A stretch of DNA of 64,000 bases from Candidatus Binataceae bacterium (GCA_035534935.1 DATLRA010000047.1:478-64477); one strand, 5' to 3'. Shown: positions 20,904 through 29,636, counted from the first letter of the stretch. Program-made: numbers and translations. The notes: generated from the letters alone by a model not told the origin.

Positions 20904-21090
20904 ATACCCGAACGTTGCCGCCCGACTGCGGAGTTTCTATCTCCACCGAGAGGCATCCATCGACCGCCTCGTAAAGATTTTTCAAAAGCTCCTCGAACGA
21001 GTCCCCCTGTGTTGCACAGCCTGCAATCGCCGGAACCTCCGCCCAAAATCCGCCTTCCTCAGCCTCATGGACGATGACTTTAATTTTCAT
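20887..21090 (-). CDS. hicB: type II antitoxin HicB, short form (no DNA-binding domain)
   Basis: MKIKVIVHEAEEGGFWAEVPAIAGCATQGDSFEELL, a UPF0150/HicB N-domain. It overlaps hicA by 17 nt. Confidence 0.8.
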   Translation of the reverse strand: MKIKVIVHEAEEGGFWAEVPAIAGCATQGDSFEELLKNLYEAVDGCLSVEIETPQSGGNVRVFEIIV

Positions 21091-21129
21091 TTTATCCCGT
21101 GATCCGGCCTCCGCGTCGATCGCACGCCG

Positions 21130-22101
21130 CTACTTCAGGCGCCGGGCTACGTCGGTGGCGAAATACGTCAGGATCATGTCGGCGCCCGCCCGCTTGATTG
21201 ACGTCAGCACCTCGAGCGTCGCGCGCTCCTCGTCGATCCACCCGTTGATTCCCGCCGCGCGGATCATCGCGTATTCGCCCGACACATTGTAGGCCGCGAC
21301 CGGCACGTTGAATTCATGCTTCACGCGGTAGATCAAATCCAGGTAGGGCAGCGCCGGCTTGACCATCACGATATCCGCGCCCTCGTCGAGATCGAGCGCG
21401 ACCTCGCGCATCGCCTCGTCGCCGTTGGGCGGATCCATCTGGTACGAGCGCCGATCGCCGAATTGCGGCGCCGACTCGGCCGCCTCGCGAAACGGTCCGT
21501 AAAACGCCGACGCGAACTTCGCCGAGTAGGCCATGATCGCCGTCGCGCTGAAGCCCGCCTCGTCCAGCGCCGTGCGAATCGCGCCGACCCGCCCGTCCAT
21601 CATGTCCGACGGCGCGACGATATCGGCGCCCGCCCGCGCATGCGACAACGCCTCGCGCACCAGCAGATCGAGCGTCGCGTCGTTGTCGACGTCGCCGCCG
21701 CTGATCGCGCCGCAATGGCCATGATCGGTGTATTCGCACATGCAGACGTCGGTGATCACAACCAGCCCCGGCACCTGCTCCTTGATCTCGCCGATCGCGC
21801 GCTGGACCTCGCCGCGATCGTTCCAGGCCTCGCTGCCGACCGCGTCCTTGCGCGCCGGAATCCCGAACAGGATTATCGCCGGCACGCCCGCCGCAAAAGT
21901 TTCGCGCGCCGCGCGGACCACGTTGTCGACCGATAACTGGGCCACGCCCGGCATTGCGCCGATCGGCTTTTTCACGTCGCGTCCGGGGCAGACGAAATAG
22001 GGCTGGATAAAATCCTCGGGCGCCAGCCGTGTCTCACGGATCATCCGGCGCAGCGCGTCGGTGCGCCTGAGCCGGCGCGGTCGATTGATCGGAAATGCCA
22101 T
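21130..22101 (-). CDS. hemB: porphobilinogen synthase (delta-aminolevulinate dehydratase)
   Basis: [18 protein letters not shown], the active-site Lys context [11 protein letters not shown], and a C-terminal LTYFA. The start is moved to ATG 22101. Confidence 0.95.
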   Translation of the reverse strand: MAFPINRPRRLRRTDALRRMIRETRLAPEDFIQPYFVCPGRDVKKPIGAMPGVAQLSVDNVVRAARETFAAGVPAIILFGIPARKDAVGSEAWNDRGEVQRAIGEIKEQVPGLVVITDVCMCEYTDHGHCGAISGGDVDNDATLDLLVREALSHARAGADIVAPSDMMDGRVGAIRTALDEAGFSATAIMAYSAKFASAFYGPFREAAESAPQFGDRRSYQMDPPNGDEAMREVALDLDEGADIVMVKPALPYLDLIYRVKHEFNVPVAAYNVSGEYAMIRAAGINGWIDEERATLEVLTSIKRAGADMILTYFATDVARRLK

Positions 22102-22204
22102 CGGCGGTTCCCCCCGTGGGATGCGGGATTCGCCGCGTATTATATCGCGCGCCGCGCCCGCTTGACGATCCCCGCGCGCGCCGCGGATTCGCGCCGGTCG
22201 GGGA

Positions 22205-23758
22205 TCACGCCGGCGCGTCGGGCATTCCGGCGAAGTAGCGAACGATTTCGTCGGCCAGCGCCGCGACCGTATAGTGCGCCGGCTCGGCCACCACGGTGAA
22301 GCCATGCGCGCGCGCCGTCGCCGCCGTAATCGGACCGATCGCCGCCGCCTTGAGCCCGACCGGCGGCGCGCCCGCGCTCGCGCAATAGTTGGTCACCGTG
22401 CTCGAGCTGGTAAAGGTCACCAGATCGATCGCGCCCGCCGCGGCCAGCGCACGTATGCGATCCGCGTCCGCCCCGCCCGCCGCCGGGATCGTCCGGTAGG
22501 CCGGCGCGACGATCACCTCGCGCGCGCCATGCGCGATCAGCAATTCGGGCAGGATTTCGCGCGCCACCTCGGCTCGCGGAATCAGGATCCGCGCCCCGGC
22601 GATCCGTTCCGGCCCGAGCGCGCCGATCAGCGCCTCCGCGCGATACTCGGCCGGAACCGCCGCGACCGTGAGCGCGTATTCCGCCACCCGCGCCGCCGTC
22701 GCCGGACCGATCGCCGCGATCGCCGCCGCGCCAATCTCGCGCAGATCGTGCCCGGTCGCGCGCATCCGATCGAAAAAACTCGCGACTCCGACCGCGCTGG
22801 TGAAGATTATCCAGTCAAACGCGCCGCGCTCGGCGATCGCGCGATCGAGCACCTCGTAACTCGTCGGCGGCGCCGTCGCGATCACCGGAAATTCGATCGC
22901 CTCCGCGCCCTCCGCTCGCAGCCGCGCGGCAAACTCGGCCGCGCCGCCGCCGGCCCGCGTCACCACGATCCGCCGGCCGAACAGCGGCAGCCGCTCGGCC
23001 CAGCGCAACTCGGCGCCCAGCGCCGCGCATTCGCCGACCACGATCACCGCCGGCGACCCGATCGCCGCGCGCGCCGCCTCATCGGCCAGCGTCGCCACCG
23101 TCGCGATCACGCTCCGTTGCGCGGCCGTCGTGCCCCATTGGATCGCCGCCGCCGGCGTCGCGGGCCCAAGACCGCCCGTCGCCAGCCGCGCCAGGTTCTC
23201 GCGCATCCGCGCCGTCGCCATCAGGATCACGATCGTGCCGCGCCCGCGCGCCGCGCGCGCGAGATCCTCCCACGGAATCCCCCCGGCGGAATCGTTCGCG
23301 GCCTCCTGATGCCCGGTGACGAAGATCACGAACGATCCGCGCTCGCGATGGGTCAGCGGAATTCCGGCAAACGCCGGCGCCGCGATCGCCGAGCTGATGC
23401 CCGGCACCACTTCATACTCGATTCCCGCCGCGGCCAGCGCCTCGCACTCCTCGCCGCCACGGCCGAAGATAAACGGATCGCCGCCCTTCAGGCGCACCAC
23501 GATACGGCCCGCGCGGGCCTCTTCGATCAGCCGGCGATTGATCTCGGGCTGCTCCGCGACGCGCGCGCCGCCGCCCTTTTTGCCAACGTAGATCCGCCGC
23601 GCGCCGCCCGGCGCCAGACGCAGAATTTCCGCGCTCACCAGGTAGTCGTAGACCACCACCTCGGCGCGCCCCAGCACCGCCGCGCCGCGCATCGTGATCA
23701 GGTCGGGCGCGCCCGGCCCCGCGCCGACCAGAAAAACTCTGCCGCGCGCTTCACTCAT
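22205..23758 (-). CDS. uroporphyrinogen-III C-methyltransferase / uroporphyrinogen-III synthase fusion
   Basis: The N-terminal half is SUMT ([18 protein letters not shown]...[18 protein letters not shown]). The C-terminal half is HemD-like. Confidence 0.9.
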   Translation of the reverse strand: MSEARGRVFLVGAGPGAPDLITMRGAAVLGRAEVVVYDYLVSAEILRLAPGGARRIYVGKKGGGARVAEQPEINRRLIEEARAGRIVVRLKGGDPFIFGRGGEECEALAAAGIEYEVVPGISSAIAAPAFAGIPLTHRERGSFVIFVTGHQEAANDSAGGIPWEDLARAARGRGTIVILMATARMRENLARLATGGLGPATPAAAIQWGTTAAQRSVIATVATLADEAARAAIGSPAVIVVGECAALGAELRWAERLPLFGRRIVVTRAGGGAAEFAARLRAEGAEAIEFPVIATAPPTSYEVLDRAIAERGAFDWIIFTSAVGVASFFDRMRATGHDLREIGAAAIAAIGPATAARVAEYALTVAAVPAEYRAEALIGALGPERIAGARILIPRAEVAREILPELLIAHGAREVIVAPAYRTIPAAGGADADRIRALAAAGAIDLVTFTSSSTVTNYCASAGAPPVGLKAAAIGPITAATARAHGFTVVAEPAHYTVAALADEIVRYFAGMPDAPA

Positions 23759-23845
23759 AAGTAGTCAGATTGCATCGCCGCTTAGCTTGCATGACGCGTT
23801 GGATTGCATGACGGATTCATGGAACCTCTGCAGAACGCCCATTTT

Positions 23846-23931
23846 GTCATTCTGAGTGCAGCGAAGAATCCCGGGATTCTTCACTGCGGAGACTTCGTTC
23901 AGAATGACGACTTTACTTGCGCGGAAACTCC
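23846..23931. repeat. REP-like nested-palindrome element, copy A
   Basis: Outer arms GTCATTCTGAG...TTCAGAATGAC enclose the perfect palindrome GAAGAATCCCGGGATTCTTC. A second copy at 56031 is about 80 percent identical by eye. Confidence 0.7.
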
Positions 23932-24963
23932 TCAGGTCGCTTCGCCGATTAGGTCGCGGGCGCCGCGCGCGAGCATCCGCTCGCCGAGCGCCACGCCGAT
24001 TGCGGCTGCTTCATCGGAAGTTCCGGGGGCGCCGGTCCGGTCGAGGACGCAGGCCGCCGTCAGCTCCTCGGTCAGGCTCCGCCCGCCGTCGGCGCTGAAG
24101 AGGATCGTGCGGATCGTGATCGTCGCGCCGTCGGCACTTGCGCGCACCCCGACCGGCGAGACGCACGACGCGCCGATCGTCGCGAGCATCGCGCGCTCGG
24201 CCGCGACCTCGGCCATCGCGCGCGGATCGTTCAGCGCCGCCACCGCCGCATCGATCGCCCGCGAACCGCCGATCGCGCCAACGCTGGTGCGGCCGTCCGG
24301 ACCGTTCGCCGCCGGCGCCGCGCTCGCGATCGCCTCGATCGCCAAGGCGCCCTGGCCGCCCGACGGAATGAATTCGCGCTCGTCGAGCGGCTCGATCGTG
24401 ATTCCGTGGCGTGCGAGTTCGTCGATTTTGCCCAGCCGCCGCAGCCCCGCCAGCGCGAGGATAATCGCGTCGTAGTCGCCGGCCACCAGCCGCGCGATCC
24501 GCGTATCGACGTTGCCGCGCAGCGGCTCGATCGCGAGGTCGGGACGCCAGCGCACCGCCTGCATCCGCCGCCGCGTGGACGAGGTGCCGAGCCGCGCTCC
24601 GCGTTCCAGCTCCCGCCATCCTCCCGTCGCGCGCGTGAGCAGCGCGTCGCGCGGATCTTCGCGCGCCGGCACCGCCGCAATCCGGTAGCCCGCTGGCAGG
24701 ATCGCCGGCAGGTCTTTCATCGAATGCACCGCGAGGTCGATACGCCCGTCGGCCAGCGCCTGCTCGAGTTCGCGGATGAACAGCCCCTTGCCGCCGATCT
24801 GCGCGAGCGACGCCGTGGTCAGCTTGTCGCCGCTGGTGCTGATCGCGACGATCTCCGCGGCGAGGCCGTCGACCGCCGCCTCCAGCCGCGCCTTGATCAG
24901 TCCGGCTTGCGCCAGCGCCAGCGCGCTCGGCCGCGATCCGATTCGCAAGCGCAAGGCCGTCAC
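23932..24963 (-). CDS. hemC: hydroxymethylbilane synthase (porphobilinogen deaminase)
   Basis: LRIGSRPSALALAQ, HSMKDLP and RGNVDTR motifs. GTG 24963 is chosen, 16 nt after the hemA stop. Confidence 0.9.
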   Translation of the reverse strand: MTALRLRIGSRPSALALAQAGLIKARLEAAVDGLAAEIVAISTSGDKLTTASLAQIGGKGLFIRELEQALADGRIDLAVHSMKDLPAILPAGYRIAAVPAREDPRDALLTRATGGWRELERGARLGTSSTRRRMQAVRWRPDLAIEPLRGNVDTRIARLVAGDYDAIILALAGLRRLGKIDELARHGITIEPLDEREFIPSGGQGALAIEAIASAAPAANGPDGRTSVGAIGGSRAIDAAVAALNDPRAMAEVAAERAMLATIGASCVSPVGVRASADGATITIRTILFSADGGRSLTEELTAACVLDRTGAPGTSDEAAAIGVALGERMLARGARDLIGEAT

Positions 24964-24979
24964 TGCGCCCGGCGCCTCA

Positions 24980-26308
24980 TCAGAATTCCTCGTCGTCGTC
25001 CGGGTCGTCGTCAAACCCGTCGCCGGCCACCGCCAACTCGCTGCTGAGCAGCCGCCGCGCAATCTCCGCCGCATGCACGCCGTCGGCCGCGCCGCCGCGC
25101 CCCTCGCGCAGGCCCGACAGAATCCGATGCAACAGTTTGTTGACCAGCCCGCGCGTCAGCGCCTCAATCCGTTCGCGCGCGGCCGGCTCAAGTCCCGCCA
25201 GCCATGCGCGATGGCGCGCGAGTTCGCCGTCGCGCAACTGCTCGACGCTCGAACGGATATCCTTGATCGCCGGCACCAGGTCGAGCCCGTCGAGCCATTT
25301 CAGGAAGCCTTCGACCTCGAGCTCGACGATCTCCCCGGCCTTGCCCGCCTCGCGCTCGCGCTCGCCGCGCGACTCCTGCACCGCCGCGCTCAGATCGTCG
25401 ATATCGTAGAGGTAGACGTTTTCCATCGCATGCAGGCGCGCGTCGAAATTGCGCGGCACGCCCAGGTCGATCAGGAACACCGGCCGGTAGCGCCGCTCGC
25501 GAATCACGCCCTCGTAATCCTCGGGTCCGAGCACCGCGCGGGCCGTCGCGATCGATCCGATCACCACATCGGCCAGCTTCAGGCACGGCCTGAAGTTGTC
25601 GAACGGCACGGCCGTGCCGCCCAGTTCGCGCGCCAGCGCGGCCGCGTTGTCAAAGGTGCGGCTGGTAATCAGCAGCGACTCGATTCCCAGGCGCTTCAAA
25701 TTGCGCGCCGTCAGCTCGGCCATCTGGCCCGCGCCGATCAGCAGCACCGTCTTGTCCGCCAAAGTGTCGAATATCTTGCCTGCCAGGCTGACCGCGGCCG
25801 AGCTGACCGAGACCGATCCGTGGCCGATCAGCGTCGCCTTGCGCACCCGCTTGGCCACCGCAAAGGCCTTGTGGAACGCGCGATGCATCACCAGGCCGGC
25901 GGTCCCCGCCTCGGCCGATTGCGCGTAGGCGACCTTGAGCTGGCCTAAAATTTGCGGCTCGCCCACCACCATCGAATCGAGACTCGCGCCGACGCGGAAC
26001 AGATGGCGCACGGCGGCGCGCCCCTCATGCGCATAGAGCGCCGGCCCGAAAGCCTCCGCCGCCACGCCGCGATCGGCGGCCAGAAAGCCGCGCGCCTGGG
26101 CGCCCGCCACCGCGGCGCTCTGCCCCACGCCGATAATCTCCACCCGGTTGCAGGTCGAGAGCAGCGCCACCTCGCTGATCGCCGGCCCGAAAGCCTTCAG
26201 CCGCGCCAGCGCCGCCGCGATCTCGCCCTCGGCATAGGCCAGCCGCTCACGCACCGCAACCGGTGCCGTGCGATGGTTCACGCCCACGATGAACAGCGTC
26301 TCACGCAT
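24980..26308 (-). CDS. hemA: glutamyl-tRNA reductase
   Basis: GVNHRTAPVAVRE, LSTCNRVE and the NADPH-binding motif LLIGAGQMAE. Confidence 0.95.
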   Translation of the reverse strand: MRETLFIVGVNHRTAPVAVRERLAYAEGEIAAALARLKAFGPAISEVALLSTCNRVEIIGVGQSAAVAGAQARGFLAADRGVAAEAFGPALYAHEGRAAVRHLFRVGASLDSMVVGEPQILGQLKVAYAQSAEAGTAGLVMHRAFHKAFAVAKRVRKATLIGHGSVSVSSAAVSLAGKIFDTLADKTVLLIGAGQMAELTARNLKRLGIESLLITSRTFDNAAALARELGGTAVPFDNFRPCLKLADVVIGSIATARAVLGPEDYEGVIRERRYRPVFLIDLGVPRNFDARLHAMENVYLYDIDDLSAAVQESRGEREREAGKAGEIVELEVEGFLKWLDGLDLVPAIKDIRSSVEQLRDGELARHRAWLAGLEPAARERIEALTRGLVNKLLHRILSGLREGRGGAADGVHAAEIARRLLSSELAVAGDGFDDDPDDDEEF

Positions 26309-26312
26309 CGCC

Positions 26313-27140
26313 CTAACCGAAATTCCCCCCATGCTTGCCCGGCGTCGCCAGGCGCATCCCCAGGAACGATCCGACCAGCACCGTGAACACCGCGATCGTC
26401 AGCGCCGCCGCGCGCCGCCCGCGCCAGCCCACCGTCAGGCGCGATTCGAGCAGCGCCGCATAGAGCATCCACAGCACCAGTGACCACGACTCCTGCGGCT
26501 CCCACGACCAGAAATGGCCCCACGTCGCGTCGGCCCAGATCGCGCCCGTGACAATCGCCAGACTCAGCATCACGAAGCCCCAGCCGAGCAGCCGATAGTT
26601 GATCCGATCGAGCTTCTCCAGGCTCGGCGTGCGTTCGTCGGCCGGCACTAGCGGCCGCTTGGCCTTGAGCCGCTTTTCGTAAACCAGGTAGACGATACTC
26701 ACCCCGGCAGCCAGCACAAACAGGGCGTAACCGGCCAGCGCCAGCGTCACATGCACCGGCAGCCATGCGCTGCGCAGGCTCCGCGGCATCACGATTCGCC
26801 CCCGGCGCGACATCGCGCCGGCCACCCCCAGCGTGATTAGTACAATCGATGAGACGAAGGCTCCGATCACCCGCATGCGCCAGCGCACGATCAGCACGAT
26901 ACCCGCTAGCGTCGTCAGCCAGGCCAGAAATTCCAGCGACTGCGCGATATTGGTCACCGGGATATTTCCGGCCTGCAGGCCGCGCATGATCAGGTCGCCG
27001 GTCTGCATCGCCGCGCCCGCGCCGAGCAATCCGGTCGCCCAGTCCGCCCGCCGCCCGCGCACGCCCGCGCGCTCCATTACGAAGCCCGCCACCGAGAGGG
27101 CGTAGCAGATCAATGCGGCGATGATCCAATCGGTGATCAT
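26313..27140 (-). CDS. CcsA/ResC-family (HemX-like) cytochrome c assembly membrane protein
   Basis: Eight TM helices and the Trp-rich motif WGHFWSWEPQESWSL. It occupies the position held by hemX in hemAXCDBL-type operons. Confidence 0.8.
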   Translation of the reverse strand: MITDWIIAALICYALSVAGFVMERAGVRGRRADWATGLLGAGAAMQTGDLIMRGLQAGNIPVTNIAQSLEFLAWLTTLAGIVLIVRWRMRVIGAFVSSIVLITLGVAGAMSRRGRIVMPRSLRSAWLPVHVTLALAGYALFVLAAGVSIVYLVYEKRLKAKRPLVPADERTPSLEKLDRINYRLLGWGFVMLSLAIVTGAIWADATWGHFWSWEPQESWSLVLWMLYAALLESRLTVGWRGRRAAALTIAVFTVLVGSFLGMRLATPGKHGGNFG

Positions 27141-27216
27141 TGAAAATTCAGGTTCTTGGAAAGCTCAGGTCCTTGAGCATCTCGGGTCCTTGGCCATCCC
27201 GATTGCTGGCGGAGCG

Positions 27217-27963
27217 TCATCGTCCGTTTCCGCGTGCGCTCGCGGCCGCGCCGACGATCGCGACGCCGAGTTCGCGCAGCGCGGCCTCGCAGCGTACGCG
27301 ATCATAGCCGAGTTCGGCCAGCCCGACGCCCACCGCGTGGCGCATCGCGTCGTCGGCCAGGTCGAAATCGCCGTGCCCCAGCGCGTCGCGCAGGCCCGAC
27401 CGGGCCAACGCGATCAGGCGCGGGCCGCGCTCGCCGGCGTCGCCGAGCGTGACGCGCAGCCACCCGCGCGCCGCCGCCATCAGATCGATCATCAATTCAT
27501 ATTCGGGTCCATAGCGATCTTCCAACTCGGCGCGGATCACACCCGCCAGGGCCGGACTCGCGCCGCCCGTCGCAACCGCAATCTGCAGACCGCCGCGCCG
27601 CATCACCGCCGGCGCCATAAAGCTGCACAACTCCGGCACGTCCGCGACATTGATGGGGATACCCGCCGCCGCCGCCTCCGCCGCCACCCCGCGCTCGGTT
27701 GCGAGGTCGCCGGTGGCCGCGAACGCGAGCGCCATCCCGGCCAGATCGCCCGGCCGGTACTCGCGCGCCAGGTGAATGATCGCGCCCGCGTCGGCGAGCG
27801 CCGCCAGGCCCGCGCCGACCGCCGGGCTCACCACCGTGACGATCGCCCCTGCCGCGCGCAATGCTTGCACTTTGCGCTCGGCAACCGCGCCGCCGCCGAT
27901 CACGACGCAGCTCCGTCCCGCTAGCTCCATAAATATCGGCAGGTAGGCCATCGAACCAGCCAA
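27217..27963 (-). CDS. precorrin-2 dehydrogenase / sirohydrochlorin ferrochelatase (CysG N-domain, SirC-like)
   Basis: LPIFMELAGRSCVVIGGGAVAERKVQALRAAGAIVTVVSP, a siroheme synthase N-terminal Rossmann motif. Confidence 0.85.
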   Translation of the reverse strand: MAGSMAYLPIFMELAGRSCVVIGGGAVAERKVQALRAAGAIVTVVSPAVGAGLAALADAGAIIHLAREYRPGDLAGMALAFAATGDLATERGVAAEAAAAGIPINVADVPELCSFMAPAVMRRGGLQIAVATGGASPALAGVIRAELEDRYGPEYELMIDLMAAARGWLRVTLGDAGERGPRLIALARSGLRDALGHGDFDLADDAMRHAVGVGLAELGYDRVRCEAALRELGVAIVGAAASARGNGR

Positions 27964-28122
27964 ATTCTAATATATCGATGGGCCCGAAACCTAACTGAGA
28001 TGGGCGCGCCATCGGGCCGGACACCGCGCCGAGACTCTACGGCCACTCAAATCGTCTTGATACCGTGATGGCGCGCGGCCAACAATTGCACCCAGATACG
28101 ATCCCCGAAGGGGAGGGCGACC

Positions 28123-28524
28123 ATGGAGCCAACTACCCATGAATCCATCGGCATCACGGCGCTGCGCGCGATCAATCGAACCCGGGGCACGGTGCTCTGT
28201 GCGCACCTCGAGGACGCCGGCGGCCTCGCCGGGCACAGTCGCGGCCTGCTCGGGCGCGACGGCCTTGCCGACGGCGCCGGGATGCTCTTCGCGCGCGGCC
28301 GGCTCGATCCATTTATGTGGATGCACATGTTCTTCATGCGCTTCCCGATCGACATCGTGTTTCTCGATCGCCATAACGTCGTCGTGCATATCAGTCATCG
28401 CTTGCGACCCTGGCGGGTCTCCGCGATGGTCTTTCGGGCGCGCCGCGCGCTCGAGCTCGCGGCCGGTGCGACAGCGGCCAGCGGCACTGCGGTGGGCGAT
28501 CAGATCGATCTCGCCCAGCGCTGA
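28123..28524 (+). CDS. DUF192-family protein
   Basis: RGLLGR...GMLF...FWM-like (FMWMHMFFMRFPIDIVFLD) pattern of COG1430/DUF192. Confidence 0.7.
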   Translation: MEPTTHESIGITALRAINRTRGTVLCAHLEDAGGLAGHSRGLLGRDGLADGAGMLFARGRLDPFMWMHMFFMRFPIDIVFLDRHNVVVHISHRLRPWRVSAMVFRARRALELAAGATAASGTAVGDQIDLAQR

Positions 28525-28642
28525 TCGTGAGCCTTCAGGAACTTGCACGCCACGCCACGCCAATGGTGTAATATATCATAATATAGCCTATTTAACATTG
28601 TCACAGGTAAGAATAGATTAGATAATTCACGCGATTTCGGTC

Positions 28643-28671
28643 TTGACGTGAATTCCTGCTCTTGTTAGTTT
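28643..28671 (+). promoter_or_regulatory. candidate sigma-70-type promoter for flp1 (TTGACG-N17-TAGTTT)
   Basis: Hexamers and spacing are read from the sequence within an AT-rich spacer. There is no other support. Confidence 0.25.
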
Positions 28672-28850
28672 ACTCATGGCCAGCCAATTCGGCTCAAGTG
28701 AACGATATTTCGATTACGTTGCCTTGTATGGATGGTATAATTTCGATTCGTGGATTTGCGCCGAGTCGAAGGTTGCGTACCGAGAATTTTTGCGCTCATC
28801 GAGCGCTACATCTGGGGGCAATAAGAATAGATCGTTTCACCGCATTTTGC

Positions 28851-29018
28851 CTGCATGCTCGCGAGCGTCGCACCAAGTTGACCAAGGGTCAGACCATGAC
28901 GGAGTACGCACTGATTCTGGCCGCGGTCGCGATCGTCGTGTTCGTGACCTACGAAGTCATGGGTCAGGATATCGGCTCGCTGGTCAATACGGTCGATAGT
29001 TCGCTCAGCGGTTCCTGA
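28851..29018 (+). CDS. flp: Flp-family type IVb pilin, copy 1 (start codon unresolved)
   Basis: KG|QTMTEYALILAAVAIVVFVTYEV matches the Flp G/XXXXEY processing motif plus a hydrophobic helix. In-frame start options are ATG 28728, CTG 28851, TTG 28878 and ATG 28896. The stop codon is at 29016-29018. Confidence 0.8.
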   Translation: MHARERRTKLTKGQTMTEYALILAAVAIVVFVTYEVMGQDIGSLVNTVDSSLSGS

Positions 29019-29055
29019 TTCGAGCCCTTAACCGGGTGGTAGAGCACGGCTATGC

Positions 29056-29090
29056 GGCGGGAATTTTGATTCCCGCCACACTTGTTTTGG
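29056..29090 (+). terminator. intrinsic terminator after flp1
   Basis: Perfect 9-bp stem GGCGGGAAT/ATTCCCGCC with a TTTG loop, followed by ACACTTGTTTTGG. Confidence 0.7.
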
Positions 29091-29222
29091 CGATGCAGCT
29101 GATTGGCGGGATATCGTCGATCCTGCTGCGCTCCTGACGCGCGCAGACGACCGGTCGATGCTACGGGCGATCATGCGTCAAGCGCGTCCCAAGTTCGAGT
29201 TTAGGCTCGTCCACTCTCTTCA

Positions 29223-29247
29223 CCACAAAAATTTGTGGCTTTTTCTT
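29223..29247 (+). terminator. second, weaker terminator-like hairpin in the flp1-flp2 spacer
   Basis: CCACAA-aaat-TTGTGG followed by CTTTTTCTT. The stem is AT-rich, so confidence is low. Confidence 0.35.
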
Positions 29248-29252
29248 GCTTC

Positions 29253-29294
29253 TGTTGCGCACAGGCAACATGATTCGTGGTGGAAGTGCACCAC
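29253..29294. promoter_or_regulatory. two dyads (TGTTGC-N6-GCAACA and GTGGTG-N6-CACCAC), candidate enhancer (UAS) sites for the flp2 promoter
   Basis: Perfect 6-bp inverted arms at 29253-29270 and 29277-29294, about 60-100 bp upstream of the -24 GG at 29354. Confidence 0.35.
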
Positions 29295-29352
29295 AACGCA
29301 CTGCAACGGCAGCTACACTAGCGTATTACCCTCGGAGTGGGGCTAAATCGTC

Positions 29353-29369
29353 TGGTACGGTATCTGCTT
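29353..29369 (+). promoter_or_regulatory. sigma-54-type -24/-12 promoter upstream of flp2
   Basis: cTGGTACGgtatCTGCTt compared with the consensus YTGGCACG-N4-TTGCW. The GG and GC are exactly 12 nt apart, and the element is 76 nt upstream of the ATG. Confidence 0.55.
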
Positions 29370-29444
29370 TAGAACACTCCTATCGCGGGAGGCGCGGTTC
29401 AACCGCGTACCTAAAATACACCCGTAATCAGCGGAGGATTCAAG

Positions 29445-29636
29445 ATGGAGATCGTATCACGGATGTACGTGAAGGCGCGCGAAATGGGCAAGCGCCTGAG
29501 CAAGGGTCAGACGATGACGGAATACGCGCTCATCCTGGCGGCGGTCGCGATTGTTGTGTTCGTGACTTACGAGGTCATGGGCCAGGACATCGGCTCGCTG
29601 GTGAACAAGATCGACTCGTCGCTGTCGACCTCCTAA
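29445..29636 (+). CDS. flp: Flp-family type IVb pilin, copy 2
   Basis: GGAGGA Shine-Dalgarno 6 nt upstream of the ATG. Leader MEIVSRMYVKAREMGKRLSKG|QTMTEYAL; the mature core is identical to flp1. Confidence 0.9.
   Translation: MEIVSRMYVKAREMGKRLSKGQTMTEYALILAAVAIVVFVTYEVMGQDIGSLVNKIDSSLSTS

Noticed and set aside
28560-28640. A search for a sigma-54 GG-N10-GC element upstream of flp1 and flp3, to match those found for flp2 and the tadG-like gene.
   Set aside because: I checked every GG in 28525-28900 and 30600-30900. None has GC at +12, so only weak sigma-70-like hexamers can be proposed there.
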